Positions 56,822 to 64,000 of a stretch of 64,000 bases of DNA are shown here, piece by piece; positions within the stretch are counted from its first letter, which is position 1, and each line of letters begins with the position of its first letter. Under the pieces are notes generated by a model. It was not told the origin of the DNA, did no database searches, and saw only the letters and a list, made by a program, of their open reading frames with translations. The position numbers were made by a program, and so were the translations under genes. The stretch lies in assembly GCA_050951605.1 (NCBI GenBank), contig JBMNJJ010000002.1:494661-558660 (forward strand), read 5' to 3'. The DNA comes from Peptococcia bacterium. Lineage in GTDB: Bacteria; Bacillota; Peptococcia; DRI-13; DTU073.

Positions 56822-58124
56822 AAAATTAAAAAATACGGTTATCAAAACGAAAACATTACGTTTTAAAGGATATGTTACAGAAATTATTGGTTTAATTATC
56901 CAGGCACAAGGTCCTAAAGCAGGGATAGGTGAATTAGTTTATATACAAAGTGAACAGGGCCTTATTCCGGCTGAAGTTGTAGGGTTTAAGGAAAACAGGA
57001 ATTTGTTGATGTCATATGGAAATATGTCTGGTATTGCTCCGGGAGATTTGATTATCTCTAGTGGTGACTTTCTTAAGGTGAAAGTTGGGTCTCATATTGT
57101 TGGTCGAGTACTTAATGGCTTAGGTGAACCAATTGATGAAAAGGGGATGTTGGTTTGGGAAAAAGAATATCCTCTTTATGAGGCTCCTCCTCATCCTTTA
57201 AAAAGGAAAAGGATTAATAAGACTTTATCGTTGGGAATTAAGGCTATTGATGGACTTTTAACGTGTGGAAGCGGGCAAAGGTTAGGTATATTTTCCGGAA
57301 GTGGTGTAGGGAAGAGTACTCTTTTGGGGATGATTGCCAGAAATAGCAGTGCTGATATTAATGTAATTGCTTTGATTGGGGAACGTGGGCGTGAAGTTCG
57401 CGAGTTTTTAGAAAATGACCTTGGTCCAGGTATTAAAAAATCAGTTGTTGTTATTGCTTCCTCAGACCAGCCGGCTATAATTCGCGTTAAAGCAGCTTTT
57501 TTAGCTACAGCTATTGCTGAATATTTTCGGGACCAGGGAGCTAAGGTTGTGCTAATGATGGATTCGGTAACTAGGTTTGCGATGGCCCAAAGGGAAATTG
57601 GCTTAGCTGTAGGTGAACCTCCTGCTACTAAAGGTTATACGCCTTCTGTTTTTGCTTTATTACCGCGTCTTTTAGAAAGGGCAGGAACCGCTGAAAAGGG
57701 TAGTATTACCGGACTTTATACTGTTTTGGTTGATGGTGATGACTTTAATGAACCGATTGCCGATGCGACAAGAGGAATTTTAGATGGACATATTGTGCTT
57801 TCACGACAATTGGCTGCTTTGGGACATTATCCGGCGATTGATGTTCTTAATAGTGTCAGTCGAGTGATGATTAATATTATAGATGAGGAGCATCTTCAGG
57901 CTGTTTCTAAAATTAAAGAAATTATAGCTGTATATAATGAAGCGAAAGATTTAATTGATGTAGGTGCTTATCAAAAAGGGAATAATTTTAAAATTGATTT
58001 ATCAATTCAATTTATAGATAAAATAAATGAATTTTTACAACAAGGGGTTAAGGAATATTGGGAACTCGAGCAGACACATGAATTATTAAGGACCCTTTAT
58101 CATGAAATTAACGGAAATGAGTAG
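56808..58124 (+). CDS. fliI: flagellum-specific ATP synthase FliI
   Basis: Walker A GSGVGKSTLLGMIA, Walker B VVLMMDSVTRFA. Confidence 0.95.
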   Translation: MLNFEKLKNTVIKTKTLRFKGYVTEIIGLIIQAQGPKAGIGELVYIQSEQGLIPAEVVGFKENRNLLMSYGNMSGIAPGDLIISSGDFLKVKVGSHIVGRVLNGLGEPIDEKGMLVWEKEYPLYEAPPHPLKRKRINKTLSLGIKAIDGLLTCGSGQRLGIFSGSGVGKSTLLGMIARNSSADINVIALIGERGREVREFLENDLGPGIKKSVVVIASSDQPAIIRVKAAFLATAIAEYFRDQGAKVVLMMDSVTRFAMAQREIGLAVGEPPATKGYTPSVFALLPRLLERAGTAEKGSITGLYTVLVDGDDFNEPIADATRGILDGHIVLSRQLAALGHYPAIDVLNSVSRVMINIIDEEHLQAVSKIKEIIAVYNEAKDLIDVGAYQKGNNFKIDLSIQFIDKINEFLQQGVKEYWELEQTHELLRTLYHEINGNE

Positions 58125-58128
58125 ATAG

Positions 58129-58572
58129 TTGATGTTTAAGTTTCGCTTAGCTAAGGTTTTACGTTTGCGAGAGCATAAAGAAAAATTATGTCTTGAAGAA
58201 GTCGGTAAATGTGTTTCGCGGTTACAAGAAGCTTTACAAAAAAAAGAGGAACTAGAAGAAAGAATAGCAAAGTTAGAAAAGGAATATGTTGTTACTTTAA
58301 CGGGCTTCGTTTCTGCGGAAAGAGTTAATTTATATAAAAATTATTTATTGTACCATCATAAACTGTTGAAATTACAGGAAGAAGTAATTGAAGAAAAAAG
58401 GAATGACTTGGAAAAGGCTCGGGTAAAATTAGTTGAAGCAATGAAAGAAAGAAAAATTTTAGATAAATTACAAGAAAAACAATATTTCCGCTATCAACAG
58501 GAGCAGGAGAAAAAGGAGCAGATTTTTCAGGATGAATTAGCGGTAACTTCAAAGAGAAGGCAAAGTGATTGA
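58129..58572 (+). CDS. fliJ: flagellar export chaperone FliJ
   Basis: 147-aa coiled-coil protein directly after fliI. N-terminus MFKFRLAKVLRLRE is typical. Confidence 0.7.
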   Translation: MMFKFRLAKVLRLREHKEKLCLEEVGKCVSRLQEALQKKEELEERIAKLEKEYVVTLTGFVSAERVNLYKNYLLYHHKLLKLQEEVIEEKRNDLEKARVKLVEAMKERKILDKLQEKQYFRYQQEQEKKEQIFQDELAVTSKRRQSD

Positions 58573-59128
58573 GATGAAAAAAATAATTATTCTTATTTTG
58601 ATTTTAATAATAATTATGGCTGGGGCAGGAGTTTTTGCTGCCCATCAAACAGGCTATCTTAATTTAAATTCTGTTTTTACTCAAATACCAGGTATGGGCG
58701 GTTTTGTCGTAGAGGAAGCAGAAGGAGCATTAAAAGGGCAAAAATCGGTAGTTTCGCCAATTGAAACAGAAAACAAGAAGTTAAGGAAAGAAAAAAAAGA
58801 CCTTGAGTATAAGCTTACTACTTTAGAAAGAGAAAAAACTAAATTATTAGAACAAGTTACGGAGCTGCAAACAGAATTGACGGAATTGAGGGCAGATGTA
58901 ATTAAACAAGAAACAACTATTTTAAATGCAGAAGATTTAGCTGCTTATTATCAAGAAATGAAGCCTGAAGCTGTGGTTAGAATTATGGATAATTTGGATG
59001 ACGAAATTGTTTTGACTATTTTGCCTCATTTAGAAAATAAACAGACAGCAAAAATAATTGCTTTAATGGATCCGCAAAGAGCGGCCATCATTACGCAATT
59101 GTTGCTGGATAAAAAAATTCAGCAATAA
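58565..59128 (+). CDS. flagellar operon protein, YlxF/MotE-like (MgtE-N-like C-terminal region)
   Basis: TM anchor, coiled coil, then YQEMKPEAVVRIMDNLDDEIVLTILPHLENKQTAKIIALMDPQRAA. Confidence 0.6.
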   Translation: MIEMKKIIILILILIIIMAGAGVFAAHQTGYLNLNSVFTQIPGMGGFVVEEAEGALKGQKSVVSPIETENKKLRKEKKDLEYKLTTLEREKTKLLEQVTELQTELTELRADVIKQETTILNAEDLAAYYQEMKPEAVVRIMDNLDDEIVLTILPHLENKQTAKIIALMDPQRAAIITQLLLDKKIQQ

Positions 59129-59162
59129 TTATAAAAATTCTATGAAGGGAGGTGAAAAAATA

Positions 59163-60401
59163 ATGGCGAATATTGGTGCAGTAATGTTAATGGAAGAGGC
59201 AACTGTAAAACCAGATCAAGTATCTTTATCTAAAAAGGAGCAGGAAAAATTCTCTGAAATGTTAGCAGTATTTCTTGGGAAAACATGTTTTTCTGTGGAT
59301 AAATTATTAGAAGATGCCTCGGTTGAAAAACAAGATATTCATTGTAGTTTAGAGGGTAATAAGGAGATAGATAAAAATGATTTAAGAGGTTTGTTAGTGA
59401 TGCTTAATCCTGGACTTTGGGGAGAATTGCCAGAAGAAGAGGCTGCAGTACTGTCTAAAGGTGAAGGACCTTGGTTTGAGCATATAAAACAAAACATTAC
59501 CCTTGGGAAGTTCTTTGAGAAGCCTTCCGTGGAGTCGAGACAACTTTATGAAAAGCTAGAAAAGCTTTTACAACAGAATTCTTTAAATTTAAAAGAATTA
59601 AATTTTTTGCAAGAAATAAAAGAGAAGATAGAACTTCAAGAGCTACAAGCAAATCAAGACAGAGCGAACTTTGATTTTTTGAAAGCAGAAAAATTTACTA
59701 CAAGGGAGAAAAGTACCATAGAGAGTGAGTCGTTTAATTTAGGTGAAAGAGAAATTCTTAAAGATTCTGAAGAGATAAAAGAAGCGAAACAGTTAAACTT
59801 CAACAATGAGTTAAAGGAAATAAATAAGCTGCCTGAAAAAGAAGCTAGCTTAAAAAACGAGTTTATCAACCAAGAAGAAAGTTGGGCCCAAATCTTTTCG
59901 ACTAAAGCTAGTGAAAATATGAAGAATACAGTAGGGGAGTTAAGGTTAAACACTGAAAATTTGGCAAGAGACTTACCGGAGATAGTTCTTTCGCAGATTA
60001 AAACACTTCAACATCTAAATGGTAGTAAGGATGTAATTATTCATTTAGAACCTAAAGAATTAGGTAAATTGGTAGTGAAATTGACTTCAGAGGAAGGCAT
60101 TGTTTCTGTAAAGTTTGTGGCTCACTATCCTGTGACCAGAAATTTGCTAGAAAGCGGTTTGGATAATTTACGACAATCTTTTGTCGAGCAAGGTATTTCT
60201 TTTGACCGTTTAGATGTGGAATTAGGTGGGCAGCAGTTAGAGCAAAATCAGTATCAGCATCAACAACAATTAATGTGGTCAGAAAAGCAAAGTCGTACGG
60301 AAAGAAGTGGGGAGTTTGCCGAACGTTATTTTGAAAAAAGCTTATCAGAGGTTAAGCCGGATGGTTTCCTAAAACTGGGGACTTATGATTACCTTGTTTA
60401 A
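59163..60401 (+). CDS. fliK: flagellar hook-length control protein FliK
   Basis: C-terminal Flg_hook-like HLEPKELGKLVVKLTSEEGIVSVKFVAHYPVTRNLLESGLDNLRQSF. ATG 59163 follows GGGAGGTG. Confidence 0.75.
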   Translation: MANIGAVMLMEEATVKPDQVSLSKKEQEKFSEMLAVFLGKTCFSVDKLLEDASVEKQDIHCSLEGNKEIDKNDLRGLLVMLNPGLWGELPEEEAAVLSKGEGPWFEHIKQNITLGKFFEKPSVESRQLYEKLEKLLQQNSLNLKELNFLQEIKEKIELQELQANQDRANFDFLKAEKFTTREKSTIESESFNLGEREILKDSEEIKEAKQLNFNNELKEINKLPEKEASLKNEFINQEESWAQIFSTKASENMKNTVGELRLNTENLARDLPEIVLSQIKTLQHLNGSKDVIIHLEPKELGKLVVKLTSEEGIVSVKFVAHYPVTRNLLESGLDNLRQSFVEQGISFDRLDVELGGQQLEQNQYQHQQQLMWSEKQSRTERSGEFAERYFEKSLSEVKPDGFLKLGTYDYLV

Positions 60402-60420
60402 GGAGAAAGGAGTGAAGAAG

Positions 60421-60894
60421 ATGCAAGTAGAGGCTATGGGGCTTAATAATGTGTCGATGGAAAAACGAGATGCTATAGCTAAGAATACTTTGGGTAAAGA
60501 TGACTTTCTTAAACTTTTAGTTACAGAATTACGTTATCAAGATGCTTTGGAACCGATGAATGATCGGGAATTTATTGCTCAGATGGCCCAGATGTCATCT
60601 TTAGAGCAAATGCAGAACTTGAATAAAACTGTGGAGGAAGGACTTTTAGCTATAGTTGAATCACAAAATAATTTTCAAGGAAGTATGGCTACTGTTTTAG
60701 AAGTAATGATGGAACAGAATTATTTTAATACTTTTAATCAGGGTTTAAATCTTTTAGGTCGAGAGGTAACGTATATTAGTGAAGGGCAAGAAAGTGAAGG
60801 AACGGTAACAGCTCTCAAACAAGGGGATGGTTGTTATATAGCTGTGGTTAATGATGAAGAAATTGCTTTAACGCAAATTACTTTAGTGAAGTAG
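60421..60894 (+). CDS. flgD: flagellar hook capping/assembly protein FlgD
   Basis: LGKDDFLKLLVTELRYQDALEPMNDREFIAQMAQMSSLEQM. Confidence 0.85.
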   Translation: MQVEAMGLNNVSMEKRDAIAKNTLGKDDFLKLLVTELRYQDALEPMNDREFIAQMAQMSSLEQMQNLNKTVEEGLLAIVESQNNFQGSMATVLEVMMEQNYFNTFNQGLNLLGREVTYISEGQESEGTVTALKQGDGCYIAVVNDEEIALTQITLVK

Positions 60895-61293
60895 GTGATA
60901 ACGTTGGTCGATAAACCTTTTCTTATTTCGCAACCAATAAAGCCTATAGGTTCTAGGCAACCAGGAAAAATAAAAACTCCATCTAAAGCAGATAAACAAC
61001 TATTTAATGAAGTGCTACAAAAAGAAATAGTCGGTTTAGGGGATTTAAAGTTTTCACGTCATGCACAAGAAAGGATTGAGACTAGGCAGATTAAGTTAGA
61101 GCAAACACATTTGTTAAGATTAAAGGAAGCGATGGCCAAGGCTCAAACAAAAGGAGCGAGAGAATCCTTAATTTTATTAGATGATTTAGCTTTTGTAGTA
61201 AGCATTAAAAACAAAACAGTCATTACTGCTGTTGATAGTGATAGTAGAAAAGGTAATGTTTTTACAAATATTGATAGTGCAGTTATTAATTAA
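60895..61293 (+). CDS. flagellar operon protein (TIGR02530-like)
   Basis: Position between flgD and flgE. The motif LKFSRHAQERIETRQI is as I recall for this family. Confidence 0.55.
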   Translation: MITLVDKPFLISQPIKPIGSRQPGKIKTPSKADKQLFNEVLQKEIVGLGDLKFSRHAQERIETRQIKLEQTHLLRLKEAMAKAQTKGARESLILLDDLAFVVSIKNKTVITAVDSDSRKGNVFTNIDSAVIN

Positions 61294-61392
61294 AGGTGGT
61301 AAAGAAGTTATGAGGCTGGACCTCTTGTAGGAAGCCTTGACCGGGGAAAGACAGACTCGGTCGGAAATGTAAATTAAAGGAGGTTATGAGTT

Positions 61393-62830
61393 ATGATGCG
61401 CTCATTATTTGCCGGTGTTTCTGGTTTGAAAAACCATCAAACCCGGATGGATGTTATTGGTAATAATATTGCTAATGTAAATACTATTGGTTTTAAAAAA
61501 AGTCGTGTTGTTTTTCAGGATATGTTAAGTCAGATGTTAAGAAGTGCGGCAAGTCCGACCACGAATAGAGGAGGTACTAATCCTGTTCAAGTTGGTTTAG
61601 GTATGTCCTTGGCTTCAATTGATGTTATTCATACGACAGGCAGTTTTCAGCCTACAGGGAAAAACACAGACCTTTCTATTGAAGGGGAAGGCTTCTTTAT
61701 GGTAGGAGAAGGTAAAAATATTTTTTATACAAGGGCAGGTAACTTTGAACTTGACCTTAATAATGAATTTATTCATGGGGGGACAGGTTTGATTGCTCAA
61801 GGAATTTTAGCTGATTCTACCGGAAAAATTGATTCCAAGGGACAGATTGAGGATATTAATTTAGCAGCACAAGTTTCTTCACCGTCTCGTGCTACTACGG
61901 AAATAAATTTTGCTAAAAACTTAGATTTTAGAGCAGAACTACAAGAAGTTATAGAAAATGTGTCACATGAAAATGGTGTGTCTACTGAAATCGATTTAAT
62001 CCCACCTCTGAATAAAATAGTGGTAAAAGATGCAAGTGGTAATCTACTTGTGGAAAATGACCCTGCCGGTTTTAGTGTTGATTATTCCACAGGTAAACTA
62101 ACGATTGAGGCGGCTGCCGAAAGTAAAGACTATACAATCAGTTATTATGAGCCTAATTATTCTACCAGTGTTTCCATCTTTGATTCCAAGGGTAATACTC
62201 ATTTGGTTAATGTTTGCTATACGAAGATAGCTGATAATGAGTGGGCAGTAAATACTTCTGTTGATGATGTTTTTCCTTCTAATGGGAGTGGGCAAGGAAC
62301 ATTAGAATTTGATCCTATTACAGGTGAATTGTTAAATTCAACAGTAAATAATGTGGTATATGACTGTTAGTGGGGCAGCCGAGCCTTGATTTTGCTCTTA
62401 ATTTTGAGAATATCACAGAATATGCTGGAGATTTTACGATTACTTATACGGGACAAGATGGCTATGAAGCTGGGTACTTAGAAGAGGTTAGTGTAGATAG
62501 TAATGGAGTTCTTAATGGGAGTTTTTCCAATGGTCAGAGAGCAGGGCACTGGCTCAGCTGACGATTGCTACTTTTAGTAATCCTGCCGGTCTTACAAAAG
62601 CCGGTAATAATCTTTATAGGGTTTCTAATAATTCCGGTGTGCCCGACCAAGGCATACCGGGCATTTCCGGACGTGGGATTATAAAGCCGGAAACCTTGGA
62701 GATGTCTAATGTGGACCTTACGCAAGAATTTGTGGAGATGATCGTAACACAACGTGGTTTTCAAGCTAACTCGCGAGTTATTACTACTTCAGACCAAATT
62801 CTTGAGGAGTTAGTAAATCTACGTAGATAG
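61393..62830 (+). pseudogene. flgE: flagellar hook protein FlgE, broken into three frames (~62364-62375 and ~62535-62548)
   Basis: The N-terminus (MMRSLFAGVSGLKNHQTRMDVIGNNIANVNTIGFK), the middle (..TYTGQDGYEAGYLEEVSVDSNGVLNGSFSNGQ) and the C-terminus (..LAQLTIATFSNPAGL...LEMSNVDLTQEFVEMIVTQRGFQANSRVITTSDQILEELVNLRR) lie in three track ORFs. Confidence 0.85.
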
Positions 62831-62842
62831 ATTTTTAAGAAA

Positions 62843-62870
62843 GCCCTCATCTCCGATGGGGGATGAGGGC
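62843..62870 (+). other. very stable intra-operon stem-loop after flgE
   Basis: 12-bp GC-rich stem gccctcatctcc / ggggatgagggc with a 4-nt loop. There is no strong U-tract after it (aataatttt). Confidence 0.6.
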
Positions 62871-62896
62871 AATAATTTTAGAAAGAAGGGGAGCAA

Positions 62897-63097
62897 GTGA
62901 TTGAGGTAACTAAACTTAATGACGTTAAAATTATTATTAATGCGGATTTAATTGAAACAATAGAGGCTACCCCTGATGCAGTGATTACTTTAATTAATGG
63001 TAAAAAATTTGTTGTTAAAGAAAATGTGGATGAAGTTATGGTTAAAGCTATTGTTTATCAGCAAAAGATTTCTGGTGGAATAGTAGTAAGTGATTAA
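62897..63097 (+). CDS. flbD: flagellar protein FlbD
   Basis: MIEVTKLNDVKIIINADLIETIEATPDAVITLINGKKFVVKE matches the FlbD family. GTG start after GAAGGGGAG. Confidence 0.85.
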   Translation: MIEVTKLNDVKIIINADLIETIEATPDAVITLINGKKFVVKENVDEVMVKAIVYQQKISGGIVVSD

Positions 63098-63126
63098 ATA
63101 AAAAAGGAGAAAGTTGAGTATAAGAT

Positions 63127-63918
63127 ATGGATCGTTCAACAATCATTGGGATTATTTCGGGGTTTATGATTATAATAATAGCCATTATGCTTGAGGGAAG
63201 TATATTACCTTTTTGGAGTCTATCCTCTTTATTAATTGTATTGGGAGGAGCTTCAAGTGCTACTTTAGTTAATTTTTCTTTAGACCAAGTTCTTGAAGCG
63301 AAGAAAGTTCTGAAGATTGCTTTTCAAGATGTCTCGAAAGAACCACTGGAAATTATTGAGAATATGGTTGATATGGCGGGAAAAGCCAGAAGAGAAGGAC
63401 TTTTGGCCTTAGAAAATGAAATTGAAGATACCGAGGATGAGTTTTTAAAAAAGGGAGTTCAACTAATAGTTGATGGTACTGACCCTGATTTAGTACGTAA
63501 TATTATGGAAACAGATATAATTATGACAGAAGAACGTCATAAAATAGGGATTGGTATTTTTAGTTCTATGGGTGCTACTGCTCCTGCTTTTGGGATGTTA
63601 GGAACATTAATTGGTTTAATTTTGATGTTACGAGATTTAAATAATCCGGATGCCTTAGGTCCGGGTATGGCTCTAGCTTTAATTACTACATTTTATGGTT
63701 CCTTTTTAGCAAATTTAATCTTTAATCCTATTGCTGGAAAGTTGAAATTAAAAAGTGAAGATGAATCTATGATTAAAGAGATTATTATTGAAGGTGTCCT
63801 CTCCATTCAAGCTGGTGAAAACCCCCGTATTGTTTCGGAGAAAATGAAGTCTTTCTTGCACCCGGGACAAAAAGAATTATTAGAAGAAAGAAGAAAAAGA
63901 GGGTATGCCAATGAATAA
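63127..63918 (+). CDS. motA: flagellar stator protein MotA (MotA/TolQ/ExbB channel family)
   Basis: 263 aa with four TMs. C-terminal channel region APAFGMLGTLIGLI...ALITTFYGSFLANLIFNPIAGKL. Confidence 0.9.
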   Translation: MDRSTIIGIISGFMIIIIAIMLEGSILPFWSLSSLLIVLGGASSATLVNFSLDQVLEAKKVLKIAFQDVSKEPLEIIENMVDMAGKARREGLLALENEIEDTEDEFLKKGVQLIVDGTDPDLVRNIMETDIIMTEERHKIGIGIFSSMGATAPAFGMLGTLIGLILMLRDLNNPDALGPGMALALITTFYGSFLANLIFNPIAGKLKLKSEDESMIKEIIIEGVLSIQAGENPRIVSEKMKSFLHPGQKELLEERRKRGYANE

Positions 63919-64000
63919 CAGGCGTAGAAGAAGAGAAGAACCCGATGTTGATAAATCTAATGATTGGTTACTTACTTATTCAGATATGGTTACTTTGTGT
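63905..64000 (+). CDS. motB: flagellar stator protein MotB, 5' part (continues beyond window)
   Basis: Overlaps the motA stop. RRRRREEPDVDKSNDWLLTYSDMVTLC is the typical MotB N-terminus and plug/TM start. Confidence 0.75.
   Translation, partial: MPMNNRRRRREEPDVDKSNDWLLTYSDMVTLC

Noticed and set aside
61294-61392. The 100-nt gap before flgE as a possible regulatory RNA or internal promoter.
   Set aside because: Only weak, short pairings (aggct/agcct, gaccg/cggtc) and no clear -35/-10 elements. There is not enough evidence to call a feature.

Overview
This is an AT-rich chromosomal core region from an anaerobic, endospore-forming, flagellated Firmicute (Clostridia-like). I see no prophage, transposon, CRISPR array or defence island.

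Gene order, almost all on the + strand:
- his-kinase 3' end, dut, a membrane protein, spoIIP, two tandem DUF3189 paralogues, a DUF512 radical-SAM/PDZ protein, der, plsY, gpsA, spoIVA
- an ACT/HTH protein, hom, thrB, tRNA-Pro, speH, tatA, tatC, cheR, and a long FtsA-like ATPase
- a 7-tRNA array, rubrerythrin, trpB2, a beta-CASP MBL nuclease, and a DUF4015 hydrolase
- fakA(yloV)-fakB(degV), a FliK-like/FlhB-C-like pair, trmL, tRNA-Arg, ahcY, dinG, psd-pssA
- a TPR protein, folE, surE, a spoVB/murJ-like flippase (- strand), an EF-G paralogue, tRNA-Trp, dprA, topA
- the Bacillus-like block xerC(codV)-hslV-hslU-codY, followed by the start of a fla/che operon: flgB, flgC, fliE, fliF, fliG, fliH, fliI, fliJ, ylxF-like, fliK, flgD, flgE, flbD, motA, motB

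The window looks like ordinary core genome. None of the observations below is proven to be a new system.

Main observations:
1. GpsA has a ~115-aa Ser/Lys-rich tail encoded by a near-perfect 99-bp tandem repeat.
2. At least 11 frame-disrupting lesions hit six otherwise well-conserved genes (tatC, cheR, the ftsA-like gene, an RNase-H-like ORF, fakA, flgE). They are packed into three short zones, which looks more like local sequence-quality trouble than scattered gene decay.
3. An actin-fold ATPase is fused to about six ThiS-like beta-grasp-like repeats.
4. Two short ORFs are missing from the track: a SpoVM-like 25-aa ORF and a 51-aa Cys-rich ORF.

Coordinates I indexed by hand (tRNAs, promoters, hairpins, shift sites) may be off by 1-2 nt.
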